From Octopus bimaculoides (lineage: Eukaryota), in assembly GCF_001194135.2 (NCBI RefSeq), contig NC_068995.1, forward strand, positions 55,264,574 through 55,328,573: a DNA stretch of 64,000 nt, in the 5' to 3' direction. A program made the translations under genes and the position numbers. Shown here piece after piece: positions 12,102 through 25,804 of the stretch. Under the pieces are notes generated by a model. The model worked only from the letters and a program-made list of their open reading frames with translations, had not been told where the DNA came from and did no database searches. The number at the start of each line of letters is the position of its first letter. Position 1 is the first letter of the stretch.

Positions 12102-13870
12102 GGTGTGTTTGTGTCTTACTACGTTCACATTATTCCAGAATTCATATGTATGCTTCCATCAGTTATATTGATTATGTATTCAACATAGACCAGGTTCCTA
12201 AATGGTGTAGGAAATAGTATGTCAGACAGCAGTCTTTGTTGTGTTACAACAATGTTTCGCAATTCATATTTACTCCAGCTTGGGTCCGGTGTCTGTTGAT
12301 AATTTGGACACAGTCAGTTTTCAGTATATGTATAATCGTTCATAAACGAAGCTAGTTTGTGAATATATCCGTAGAAGTTTTACTTATTATATGGAATCTT
12401 TCTTCATCTATAAATAATGCGAGACGGTCTAGATGTGCACAGCTTTTCATGCGACCATTTCGGCCGTTTTCTGAGGACAAGTGGATCGAGTTATCAAACC
12501 CTAGATTTGTGGAATATTCTCGAGAAGATCGTTGATGGTATCTGAAAAACAGAAAGGAAATCGCATTTGAAACATGTGCCGTATCAGCTGAGAGAAAAGA
12601 TAGGAAAGTGATAGGATAAAGCAGCCCATTGAATATCAATAATTTTCATTTTAAAAAGTGATACATGTATATATCTGGATGTTCCAGTTTCTTATGAAGA
12701 CTTAGTATCACCCTTGTCTGAATAGTAAATTCTTATTTCACACTGTGAAACAATCACTAATGGTTTGTTTTTCTGTAATTACAGCTGTTTCTTTACGTTT
12801 CTCAGTATTCCAAGGGGAAACATTTAGATAAAGTGTGTGGTCTCTTTTAAATTATAATATCCTTCCTTCTATGTTTTATGCTAAAAGAACCAAATCTTTC
12901 GCAAATAGTATTTGTCTTTATGCAAGCGTATACATATATATATCCGTGAAGGTATCATAGCTTTACATTAAACATTGTTACGTTTACAGTAATATAAATA
13001 GTTAAAGTTAATCACATCATAATATTTAACCTAGAATCAACAGACTCTTAGAATATTGATTTATTGGTACTGAGCAAAACATAATAGCAAAAGGAATATG
13101 ATTACGATGCCGTCATTTGCGCAACTGATGAAATGAATAATTTCACTATCAAACAGAGAAACATCTCGTGGGATAAGCTCACACAGCTACCGTTTCGGCA
13201 CAAAAGAAACCGATTATGAAAATATGAATTGATGAATCAAGTTTATTTCTTGATTTCAAATGCTGCATAACTACACTTCATTTCCCTTAGGCTATTAATG
13301 TCCTCACTAAAGGTATGAGTGTTGCAAAATTCTGTTTCCTTTCCCTCTAGATCGGGATTAATTTGTCGGCTCAATAGAAATCAATTATTTTCAGTTCTAT
13401 TTCACAATGTATTAAAATCTTCATAAAATCTGTGTTACGTGTTTGCTGTTTTAACTAAACCCATCAATGCGCGTTTTAATCTATAAACTTAGACTATGTA
13501 GAGTTAGATTTAAACGACTCCCTCAGCAACTACGTGGCTATTTGATCAACAGTTTCTAAGAATTACAAATATGTGTAAATTAAATATGTATTCATATACT
13601 GCAAAAGATAGGCAAAACTTTGGCTGAGGTGAGATATTCCTCTTATTTAAGCTAATAAAGCAAATATTTCGGATCAACTTTTAGCGACGAAGAATAAAAA
13701 AAAAGGATATTTAAATTCAATTAGTTGTAAAAAAATTTTGTAAGTTATTTTCATGCAGCAGGAAAGACAGAGAACTTTTAACCTGATCGTCGATAGCGAA
13801 ACATGGCCAACACGTATCTGCTTGATCAATAAGCGAAAGTTTTCCTATTAAAAAAATACGGTAATATTAA

Positions 13871-14075
13871 TCTCTTCTACTAAAGGCCGACATTTAGGGA
13901 GAGGGGATAGTCGATAATATCGACGCCAGTGCGTAACAGGTACTTATTTTATCGATCCTCAAAGGATGAAATGCAAAGTCAACCTCGGCGGAACTCAGAA
14001 CTCAGAGCGTAAAGGCGGAAGAAATGGTTCTAAGCATTTTGCCCAGCTTGCTAACGATTCTATCAGCTCACCATT
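13871..14075 (-). mobile_element. tRNA-derived SINE, family A, near full length (central domain Meta/MESC-like by recollection)
   Basis: Minus strand has a tRNA-like head with B-box-like gagttctgagttccgcc and central gttgactttgcatttcatcctttgaggatcgataaa. Confidence 0.8.
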
Positions 14076-14205
14076 AATAATAACCAAAATGGTGATATTG
14101 TGCAAATTACTGCTTATTATTCGCCAGGGTTTATTCATATCTTTTACTCGATACATAACACCATGTGTCAATTAATCAAGGTCATGATATATTGCAAGAT
14201 ATCGG

Positions 14206-14368
14206 ATTCAAATTTTGGCTCAAGACCAGCAACGTTGGGAGCGGGGAAAATCGATTACATCGACGCCGGTGTTCAAGTCGATGGTATTTTATGGACCCCG
14301 GAAGGATGAAAAGAAAAGTCGACCTCGGTGGAAGTTGAACACATACGATTCTGCCACCTCACCGCCTT
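14206..14368 (-). mobile_element. tRNA-derived SINE, family A, second copy with deletion in the head
   Basis: ggatgaaaagaaaagtcgacctcggtggaa...gattctgcc aligns with the copy at 13871-14075. Confidence 0.75.
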
Positions 14369-15938
14369 GATATATTGCATTTTATTTAATTGTAACATTA
14401 GTGCACTACGTCGCAAGATGGCTGTCAAATTTGTCTATGGTAGAATTTCAAAATACGATCCGACATACCGCAAGTACTGTGTCACAATTTCTCCGCACAG
14501 TGCAGGAGTATTTTAGTATTGGGACTACTTACTTGAAGTCCAGAGAAGTATTCTGTAATGAGAGTACTTTGATATTAAAGCATATTGACAGAGTGAGAAC
14601 TGTAACAAGGGGAAAAACCATAACATGTCAGAAAAATAACACAAATTGGGAATAAACGATGATTTCTTTATATGACTACTTCTGTATAGAGTTTGTTCTG
14701 AAGTACTGTCATAAAAATCAAATTTAGCTAATTTCTCAGAAATAGGCACTTATTACTTCACAAATGTATTCGAACATATACAGCTGCGCAAAGAAATAAT
14801 GCATTTTTCTTTTCAGGAAAGCATATTTGATATTCGTTTTCTTTCATTCCATAGAGTTACCGAATAAGATAATATTGCATTGTTCTCTTGCAAATTTTAT
14901 TAGTTGATCTCATATATTGTCATATATCTGCATATTGTTGGTATATGCATTATTAACTTAGTACATATCTTAAGTAAAAACATATACAGCTAAAAATCGC
15001 GTCAGAAAATCTAGACTGAAAGAACATTTGAAAAACCGAGTCAGTAAATTAAGACAGAGGATTGAACGAATATGAAACAGAGAGCGTAAACAATGGGACA
15101 GATTTTGTTTTGGGGCTGTCTTCATCCAGCTTAATGTTTCCTTCTAACTCATGTTTTCTCGCTTTGCATATCTTCTACTATTAGTACTACTACTAATATT
15201 ACTAACTCTACTCATGCGAATTGTGCTACAAGCTCATCTACTATATTTCTCTTTGAGATACTCGCAGTTCTTTTGTATCAGACATTGGGGCACCATGTAA
15301 AATATGACCAACAACCAGTTTTACATAAATTTCAAATTCACACATTTCTCTAAAGACTTGCGCAACGAAACTTATATGCTCGTTTTATTACCATAGAAAT
15401 ATAAATGTGAAAACTATTATAAAATTCATTCTAATAATACGGACAGAACAACTGTAACACACATCTGTATCTTATCAATATTTATCGAATATTTTCTGAA
15501 ATAGATGTCCACATGATTTTTCAAAGTATACGAAAGCTAAAAACAATCAACAGATTAAAGTATTCCATGTCAAAAAAATGTTTCCCTGGTGGAATACAAC
15601 CAACAAATAATAGCAAAACACGTTATTTTTTCTGAATATTTACAAGTATGCGATCATTCCCTTTCTTTTATATTCTTTCAGGAAAATGTAATCAATAAAA
15701 AATATACAAACAATGAAAATGTGTAAATAATCACGTATTGCACGCCCAAATATATATGGCTATACTTAACACCGAAAAGCCCACGTACTCAGACATATAT
15801 AATCACACACATATACTAATGTATATATGTAAATATGTTATGCTATCTATATTTTCTGTATGATACGTAGAGACTAATGTGTATAAATATGTACGATGCA
15901 TGTACACACACAAACGTACATATACACGCATACATACG

Positions 15939-15977
<39 letters not shown>

Positions 15978-16139
15978 AGATATACAGCATTATTATAAAT
16001 ATAAATATTTTTATATGTGAAAGCAATCACACTGTCACAATCGCATTCCATCATACAAAAACATATGCATAAATACTTTTAATGTTGTGTGCATACAAAT
16101 ATATGCCGGTATGGCATATATGCATGCATACATACATAT

Positions 16140-16178
<39 letters not shown>

Positions 16179-16768
16179 NNNNNNNNNNNNNNNNNNNNNN
16201 NNNNNNNNNNNNNNNNNNNNNNNNNNNNNNNNNNNNNNNNNNNNNNNNNNNNNNNNNNNNNNNNNNNNNNNNNNNNNNNNNNNNNNNNNNNNNNNNNNNN
16301 NNNNNNNNNNNNNNNNNNNNNNNNNNNNNNNNNNNNNNNNNNNNNNNNNNNNNNNNNNNNNNNNNNNNNNNNNNNNNNNNNNNNNNNNNNNNNNNNNNNN
16401 NNNNNNNNNNNNNNNNNNNNNNNNNNNNNNNNNNNNNNNNNNNNNNNNNNNNNNNNNNNNNNNNNNNNNNNNNNNNNNNNNNNNNNNNNNNNNNCAATAG
16501 TTAGTTTAGTTAGGATAGGAAATAGAGAGTGAATGTAGGCATATTGTATTTGTAAATCCATTGTTTAGGCAGAATGGTATACATATACGATTCCAATACT
16601 TTGTGAGTAAGATCCAATTGATTTTAAGATTGGTCGTTGCCTTTGTAAATCCATTAGTAAAATTCCTATACTCTATAAGTAAAATCCAACAGTCTTTGAA
16701 ATTGGTCATTCCAAATACAGAGTTTATACAAGCTGGCTGTAATGAGAACTTTGGGTACTCTTTCCTCA

Positions 16769-16825
<57 letters not shown>

Positions 16826-16911
16826 ACACATACATATATATATAATACAATATATAGCTTGACAGACGGATAGTCAGTCAGACAGATAATTAAACAGAGA
16901 AAGACAGACAC

Positions 16912-16987
<76 letters not shown>

Positions 16988-16991
16988 GTAA

Positions 16992-17030
<39 letters not shown>

Positions 17031-17031
17031 T

Positions 17032-17107
<76 letters not shown>
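16912..17107. repeat. (GATA)n microsatellite
   Basis: Direct reading. Confidence 0.97.
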
Positions 17108-17842
17108 CTATTGCCGCACCTCTCTGTGAATAACAGGCCGATTGCCTTTCGTCACAATCAATGTATACTTCACTGACATCCATTAAACCACGCCTGCACA
17201 TTTTAAATCTGATATATAGCATTTACACTAAACATTTAACAATATCTTAGTTGAAATCAATTCGTTATGCATAGGAGCGCATTTAGTTCATTACTGCTAT
17301 AAAACCCATTTTATTAGACCTCCAACGCACCTTATAACCAATGTATTAGGTCAATGAACTCATTTCTATATGTTATAGAATATTATATACCTCATAATTT
17401 ATATTGTGAAGTTTGTTATATAAGTATGAATAAAACAAGTCGCAAACACCTGTCAGGTATCCAATAATATGAACCTTGTAGCTGTAGGTATATTGCATTA
17501 TTATCACAGGGAAAAATCTTCAACGGCATCAAATTATGGGCTAAAATACAATATCATAGATTACTTAATTGAATCAATGTAAACGATGTCAAAATTTAAC
17601 TCCCACGGTCTTAGATCTGAACATTAAAGCGAATGGCACTTGTCTTTCCATGCCATCCTCAAAATAGTTTTATTATAGAAATAAAAACTGGCCAATCAAT
17701 ATTTAAATGTTAGCGAATATGTATAATCTGTGCCAAGTTTCATTAACTCAAGCAATATAAATTCTTATAGATACATTATTTGACACATTCTGTAGTTCGG
17801 CGACTGCCGTGAACAACTAACTCTAATATTCCATTGATATTT

Positions 17843-17912
17843 AAGGCAGCGTCCTGGTAGAATCTTCAGCATGCCGGGCAAAATATTTAACGGTGTTTCA
17901 TCGGTTTTTTTA
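17843..17912 (+). mobile_element. SINE family A head fragment
   Basis: aaggcagcgtcctggtagaatc...catgccgggcaaaatatttaacgg matches the other family A heads. Confidence 0.55.
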
Positions 17913-18739
17913 TTTTCAGATAAAGTTTCTTACACAAAGCACAAATAGATTGGAACTTAACTGACAAGATATTTCGCGTATCCCATAGGCGTATCTGTCG
18001 ATACACACCTTCTGTTGATGCAGTAATTGTATTTCATATAGGAATGAATTGTGTGGGAATGACTTATTCGATTGAATGGAATCTAGTTCTTTAGTAATAT
18101 ATATTTATGGTCTTACAATAAACATCAAGTTTGTCTTCCGCGGTATTTGGAATGAGAACGTCATCCACTGTAACTGCATGGAATTAAGTCAATTATATTT
18201 GTTCGACATTGTAACGAGTCTGATAACCTACTGCCCACGTTAGTGTGATAGAGAATAAGTAAAATATTTTGTAATATATTATGAAACTGTTTTAAAATTT
18301 ATTTATTGAAATATTAGGAAAATATATTACCCCGTTTTAGCTACAAAGCCTTTTTGTGTTATATGCTACTTATATGAATGCATTTTGTGAACCTAAATGT
18401 AGATAATAACTGATGGATAACTTTTATAACAATTTATATTATTATATGAACACTGGTAGCTTACAAACAGTCCAGAAGTTGTTTTCACTTGAACTTCTGG
18501 CTTTTAGAGTTTTCGAATCAAGAAATTTATTCCCAAACTCAAGAAGTCCTACTGTATTATATTATATAATATATATGTATGTATGTATGTATTTATGCAT
18601 GCATGTATGTATATATATACTCAACATTTTAGTTCATACCCAAGATGTTCATTCATTCCAACAAATAATTGGGATTTGTGTACAAAAGTGCTTTCTCTGC
18701 CGTTGTATAGATAGCGAATACTTATTTCCGTAAAATAGA

Positions 18740-19180
18740 AATTATCGAAATTCGAAGTAGGTATTTCAAAAATTTTCCTAATTTCCAATCCTAATTCTCA
18801 TAATTCAACCATTTCTTAATATAATATTCTTCTGGAAAATAAGAATGTATTTCAAAACTTTCATAATTTATATTGCCATGTTATAATTCAAACCTTTCTT
18901 AATATTCTTCTGACAAAAAAATTATATATATATATTCATTGGAAACTCGTATTTTCAATTGATTTCTATTATATAATCCATCCATTTCTTAATATTCTAC
19001 TGTAAAATGGGAATATATTTTGAATCTTCCATAACCTCGATTCCTTTCTGATATAATTCATCCATTTCTTAATATTCTCTTGATATAAAGTAATGTATTT
19101 GAAAGGTTCAACATTTTAGATGGCATATGCTTAGAAATATTTCTTTCTTAGATATGTTTCTACAACTTTGGGAATATATT
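18740..19180. repeat. Degenerate tandem array, about 5 units of 80-90 bp
   Basis: Motif ataattcaWccatttcttaatattct at about 18800, 18883, 18973, 19053, plus a decayed unit near 19136. Confidence 0.75.
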
Positions 19181-20012
19181 GGCAAACGAAATATATATAA
19201 ATATACTTAAACCTGTAGTCATGACGAAACCTTATATTAAAAACAGCGGGGAGAGGGTTCTTTTTTAAAATTTATTTTCTATTGACAAGTATTCAACACT
19301 GATTAATTCGAAAAATGACAACGAGCAATATATAGCTCTTATTTCTTCTATGATTACAGATCAACTTCGTTCTTATATTGAAATTTTAAATATTAGCAAT
19401 TTATAAAATTGATTCTGAATAAAAATGGGATGTAAATTTACATTTATCTCATCGAATATTAACGCCAGTAACCGTCAAAGGGCTCACTAGTATCATAGTC
19501 CTGGGCTACATTGCTATTATCATCATCGACGTACTGCAACTTCCATCATCATTTTCAACATTATGTCCAAGATGAAGCAGAAATTAAAACAAATTAGTAT
19601 CAATTATTTTGCGAAATTATATTTTCTTCACAACCCAATTCCTTACTTTCTTATATAAATATTTTTGGCTTATATAATGTCGAAAATACTTCCTCTTAAC
19701 TGCTAATAATATATATAAATAAATATATTTATTTATGAAATAACTACTTAAATATGTATAACTACACATAAAATATGAATTATAAAACATAAATGGCTTG
19801 TAATTATATGTATTTGAGATATTGTCAGATGATATGGTTATATATGTATGTACGTACGTACGAACTTGCATGTGTGTGTGTAATAAGTAAGTACTTGTGG
19901 TAAGTAGGTAGGTAGGTAGATACATTTTCACCAGAGAACACTGTAAATAAGTATACATTACATGTAGACGAGTGTTTGAGTGCCTGTATATGCGCTTACG
20001 CATCTCTCTCTC

Positions 20013-20043
<31 letters not shown>

Positions 20044-20045
20044 TT

Positions 20046-20108
<63 letters not shown>

Positions 20109-20507
20109 CATATATGTGTATGTATAATCAGTTACGAAAATATTCTGTACGCTTATACATTTTAAGAGCTCTTCTGAAAATAATGAGTCATTAAATGCCT
20201 TTATTCAATGCAATAATCTCATTTAATATCATTATGTGTATAAAAGGTGAAGAAATTTCACAATTTATTATTATTATATAAAGATCTAATAAGGTTTGTT
20301 TTAAAAAATGCAATTACGTTGTTTTTATTTACTTATGTGGAATTCGCTGAATATAATTCATATAATGACAAACTAATTACACTATAATAGCTTAATATGC
20401 GTAGACGTTCAGTTTGCTTCTCTAGATAATATCTACAATGTTGCTATTCTGATTTCATCATTCATGTTTAACTCGATAGCGGTAACGGTTATATTGATAT
20501 TGGTATT

Positions 20508-20720
20508 GTTTAACCCCAGGACAATTTTAATTGAGTAAATCTTTTATGAGAGTCGTTCTCGTGGATACTAGTCCGTTATAATTCTTCTCCAATTATAATG
20601 TTTTTAACTTCTGCATTTCAGCTGATCTAAAATGCCATTCCTATTTAAGAATGTAGTTTAATTTTTTTAGGACGATTTGGCTGCTAATTCGAGCGGGTCA
20701 ATTGCCCACTTAGAGTTCCT
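20508..20720. mobile_element. Old interspersed repeat (SINE-like family C) remnant
   Basis: gtttaaccccagg...gatttggctgctaattcgagcgggtc; a related remnant lies near 60980-61005; family assignment from memory. Confidence 0.4.
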
Positions 20721-21169
20721 TCATATGCAATGATGCAAAGTGGTTTTCGAACATTGTGCCCGAGGATAGTATAACGTATTTCTTCAAATTTATTACAATT
20801 CTTATATTGTTTTCCTTTTTACTGCTGAAAATCGTAACTGGTAAACAATAACTGAATGTTCCGATGAGAGATGGAACATCTGTGTGATCGTTTCACCGTC
20901 ATGAAAAGTACACACTGGATCCTAATTGCACTATACCTAAAGAAAAGATAAACACGGGTAGCTCACGGCTGGAAAACCTTCCATCGAACGTACGCTTGAT
21001 CGATGAATGACATACGAATAAACAACGTTTCGACTAAAAACATAAATTTACCCTACCACAAATAATTACACTTTTCCATCAGCTTAACGGGATTTTAAAC
21101 ATTTTATAAAGGTACATGAAAATTTAAATACCGATTTTCATAAATTTTAATGTTCCACATAGAATTATT

Positions 21170-21265
21170 TACATTGAAGGATATTTGTCTTCATCTTGTT
21201 TGTTGTTAACACAACGTTTCAGCTGATATACCTTCCAGCCTTCGTCAGGTGTCTTGGGGAAATTT
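21170..21265 (-). mobile_element. Probable Penelope-like element terminal-repeat fragment
   Basis: Contains a canonical-core minimal hammerhead; no coding region seen. Confidence 0.45.
21208..21253 (-). ncRNA. Minimal type-I hammerhead ribozyme with intact core
   Basis: Minus strand: GACAC - CTGACGA - A - GGCTG gaaggtatat CAGCT - GAA - ACGT - T - GTGTT; stems I and II pair, stem III is palindromic, GUU triplet. Confidence 0.72.
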
Positions 21266-22989
21266 CGGCCGGTCCGGGGCTGCGCGCCAGTTCCCGCCGG
21301 TCGCGAGGATACGATCGGCCTATCGCATTGGTCGCGGCGCAAATATCAGGAATGACAAATATACAATCGTCACAATTCTCTGACCGATTGATATGAATAT
21401 AGACACAGGCTCACTTTCCAGCATAATCATTAACATAAAAGAGTTAGTTTATAAACTAACATAGGTAATGAGACTCTTTTCCTTGTTAATTCTAGAGAAC
21501 AAAAATAGAGAGAGAAATATTAAAAGTATCAGTAGTAAAGAAAAAACATATCCTAATTTAACCAGCAACAATGATCCTCTTTTATAATTACTGATATCAG
21601 ATCTTAAATGGAACACACTAAAACTAGTTCAGGAAAGATAAATGTTTGAATTAACATTCAAGATTAATCAATCGATCACAGAGGTCTCTCTTAGATACAG
21701 ATCAATATATATTGTATTGACTCGTAGTTCAAAAAGTTCATAAATAAAGTAAAGAGTTTTACGTCGTGAGAAAGTGAAAGGATATAGTGACTGTAACTAT
21801 GGGCAAGAAACTTCATGGATAACGGAAAAGCTTGGAAGATGTGTGAGAAAGCTATAGTTATGGCAATATTAAGTGGGAAATATTGAAGTAAGAGAGGTCA
21901 GGCAGAGGTGATAGTTGTAGAAATTTAAGGATCATATATCAAAATAACAAATGTGGAAGCAGTGATGTTTATAAAATGAAAATGTTCGTTTACCCAAGAA
22001 AAATCAATGATTATTTTAATATAAGTTATATGTTAAACAGACACAAATGCATGAAAATGAACATTGCTTGTTCGGACATGTGAAAGAAGAACCATATAAG
22101 TAATGAGGTAATTTTGATTTCCTGTCAGTCAAGTAAAATCGCGATAGCTTCTGTATCAGACCTATATAATTCAAAGTTGTGTATACAAGATGCAATATAT
22201 TCAGGTATTTCTAAAAGATATTTTCAAGTGTGTTTCCTTTATAGATACATCATTCAGAAAAGTGTCTTCTGATATGAATTGGATTTACTAACAAGATAAT
22301 GATATAGCTACACCCGTAATATTCACTGATGCATATGTAATATGTCCTTCAGGAAGGTGTTATACGCTTTTATAATTCGGTTGCTCTCCATGCGGAAATT
22401 CCGTGCACATAGGATAGATATTCGCAGTAATGTCGTGTTATTTGGTTCAATATTATTTAGTTCAAAGGTGTTTTTCTGGTCTACGTAACTGATAAAAATC
22501 GATTTTAATTTTATATATTTTGGTTTCCGAAAAATACGTTGTAAATATATTTTTTTATTTTTTAAAGCCTACATAGCGATATTAAACGTGGTGTGATACC
22601 ATAGAAACCCTCCTACCCGAATCAGAACTTAGATTATGTATATGGGAAGACATCAAATATAATTTTGCACACATTGTGAGATTATATGTGTATATATAGG
22701 CGCACACGCACGCACACTCATACACATGCACGCACACGCACACACATGAGGTTGTTTTTTATAGCCGGTCAAAGAATGAAAATGGGATTTGGATTTATAA
22801 AGCACTTAGCAGTTTAGGCGATTCAGTAGACTCAGGTAGGCCATTCAACCACAATCTTAGCAATGACAAGTCATCTTTTATGATAACGTAGGGGCGCAAC
22901 ATCTTGTCCCTGGCCAGCTTCGTATGGATTTTAAATGGAGGTGGTATGCCATACATAATTAACTAGAGACTCCGAAAGCAATCAGGTCG

Positions 22990-23350
22990 TACCTCGACAG
23001 CAGCAAACGATATAAGCTTTGCTACGCCGAAGGAGCGAAATACTGAGAAACCCGCTTGATCTGAGAAGAATTTTCAAATCCCAAACCGAAATCTTTAGCC
23101 AGTGCATTCATCAGAGCAATTCACTACTTGGCAACTAGGAAAAACCTACCACCTATAGATATCTTCAGCATGAGCCATGGACATAACTCGAATGATCTAA
23201 GGGGTATAACTCCACCTCGGCCAAATTTGTAGCAGTAGAGTTTCGTTCTGAGATTTTGTTTACGAAATTAACTGACCATCACGGTTTTGTCCCTCCAGTT
23301 GTAGGAATATTATGAACATCCAGTCATTTGAGTCTCTCGAGTTTCCTATA
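22990..23350 (-). mobile_element. RTE (BovB-like) LINE 3' coding remnant
   Basis: Frameshifted YRKLERL, NWRDK and ETLLLQIWPRWS match the RTE C-terminal motifs (WRDK; LLLK.QLRW). Confidence 0.5.
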
Positions 23351-23524
23351 CAGTTGAGAGCTTTATAGATAAAAAAAAATGGTCGCTCTCTGACCAGCCA
23401 CAATAAACAGCCATATAATTTGGTGTCTATTTCCCTCAACGCTTAGAAATTGAGCTGGTTTATTTACGTTACCTTTGACTAAAGACACCTTTAAAACAAG
23501 TGTCATACTTCACGAAATATGTAT

Positions 23525-23616
23525 GGGGTTCGATTTCTTCGACCGAAGCTCTGCAATCTGGTGCACCAGCATGATCGCTATCCAATGACTGAAAGAAGTA
23601 AAAGATAAAATATAAG
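23525..23616 (+). mobile_element. SINE family B 3' tail
   Basis: ggggttcgatttcttcgac...gtgcaccagcatg...aatgactgaaagaagtaaaaga aligns to the tail of the copy at 33290-33379. Confidence 0.65.
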
Positions 23617-24813
23617 AATCACAGATAAGTGGTTTAAATCTGAGATTCTTTATTGAAACTAAATCATTTAAACTGAGTATTTATAATGACGAACATTTAA
23701 AACCCACAAGCACTCACACACACACACACACACACACGCATATATATAAATGTATATAATGTTATAACCACTTTTGATTTATTTTGTGAGAGTGTTACAC
23801 ATGATGAACAAATAAAATTCTTGTCTCGTATACCATCGACTGGTCAGCGATAGTATTCCGCTCCAGTAGCAAAGTAAATGTAACGGTATATAAGCAACAT
23901 TATTTTTATATTACATTATACACTTCAATGTTCCATGGAACTTAACACTTTGTAGGCAAATAGATGTCTTGCTCTGAATGTACTATATATCATAGAAGCA
24001 TACTAAATAAGTGATAACAATTTTATTCCTCATTCATATCGCATTATGCATTTACCGGTTTTGTTAAATACGCCATGTTTTCTTTAATTCTCGTACATAT
24101 ACAGTCATGTATATCATACTCATCTAAGAAATATCGAATGAAATGCAAGGTGTTGGGCTGGCATGTTATGTGGATTTTAGGGTCAATTGGATGTGAAAGA
24201 GAGAGATATCGTAGTGAAGAGGAGAGGCGAAGAACAACAGAAGGAAGAACGAGAGGGGGAGAAAGATACAAATATATATAGAGTTTCGTCAGAAATATAA
24301 AGTTAAAAAAACTTACTTGCAAGGACGACGCGTGCGTTCGATCATCTGATACAAATAATATATGAGTATATGCATATATACGTACATGCATGTACACACG
24401 TACATGTATGTACACACATACATCTACATGTATATATAGATTCATATCTGGGTACAGGACGTCGCAAAAAGACGTGGACAAAATGATAAATACAGTACAG
24501 AAAACACACAAGCCACATAGAGAACATTTCCTTCATCAGCTTCCACCATTCTAAGACTAAGCGTTTCGAAGCATTAGGGCATGTCGTATTTTTAGTATGG
24601 CTCTTCCCACGGACCACAAATTAAATTTGTACCGTGGAGGAATGTAGTAGCGGAAAGAGAACAAGACAGGAAAACGAAACAGTGAAAATAAGGAATAAAG
24701 GCCAAACGGCCAGACGTGAAAAAAATATGTGTATATTGAACGTTGTGAAGCAACGAACTGAAAGGAAGAGGGACGAAGAATGTTGGTGTGCGAGCTTGGC
24801 GATAGGAGACAGG

Positions 24814-24846
24814 CAGACAGACAGACAGACAGACAGACAGACTGAC

Positions 24847-24901
<55 letters not shown>
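24814..24901. repeat. (GACA)n/(GATA)n microsatellite
   Basis: Direct reading. Confidence 0.95.
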
Positions 24902-24902
<1 letters not shown>

Positions 24903-25804
24903 TCTCATAGAGGGCAACATATATATTCAAACATAGTGCTTATATATGTGGGTATGCAAATACAGAAGCATACACATATATTTAAATGTGTAAGGGGAAC
25001 TGTGTGTTTATGTGTTTATGGCGTGTGCGTACACATGAAATAGACCAGCATATTGCCATTTATATAAGTTGTCGTCATTGTTGCCTCTTAAACTTGTCAA
25101 ACACACTTTTGTGAAACTACTGAGGACTGCATATTAAATTTAGTTTCCGACATAATCATCGTGACTGTAATGAAATGTCAGTATGTTCATACATTCACTC
25201 GTATTATAGAACTATAGCGCTGAGAACATCTGTTTCCGTTAGATCAGATAGATAACACTTTATTAAATGGAGCAAACTATTTGATAGATGAATAGTAGAC
25301 GGAAGCATTAAAATATTAATCAGGCATCCTAACAACGTAGTTAGTTTGAAATTGTTGATTCCAGAGGTCTAGCTAACAAATTATTGATAGCCTGATTGAG
25401 ATTTTATAATTACATCACCCACAAATGTTTGTAACATGGATTTTCTCTAAAGGTCAATTAAAATCTGCTAAAAAAGATACACCAGGTTTATGCTATTGAT
25501 TAAAGTGTAAAATATAATTCAATGTGCTGATTCCATAAAATTCCTTGTTACAGTTTTACTTCATCATTGCAAATGCTAGCAGGTGTGATTAACTTTCATT
25601 TCACAATATACTGTGTCCCCTTTCATATCTCAACATACTTTCGTTCATTTAAACTTTATCGCTAAAATATCATTTGGTAAGCATTTCGCCGGCATTATTC
25701 TAACAGTACCTTTTATTACATTATCAGTTTTGTGGAATTTTTTATGACGAAGTTGGCTGGTTTGAAGATATTGTTATTTCTAATATTTCAAATGACCATA
25801 TAAA

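Noticed and set aside
13120-13165. CTGATGA matches here and at 23107, 24533, 33977 and 63008
   Set aside because: No stem II/GAA/stem III arrangement follows, so these are not hammerheads
14414-14660. MAVKFVYGRISKYDPTYRK resembling Rap/Ras ([20 protein letters not shown]), with a later GNK; also a YY1-like CAAGATGGC
   Set aside because: It needs two gaps, lacks the P-loop and DTAG, and the motif spacing is about 40 nt short; compatible with chance
18740-19180. CRISPR-like or zinc-finger interpretation of the ~83-bp array
   Set aside because: Spacers are related to each other, repeats are degenerate, the DNA is eukaryotic, and there is no Cys/His periodicity
25515-25550. Possible left mariner TIR (ccataaaa match)
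   Set aside because: Only an 8-nt AT-rich match; not distinguishable from chance
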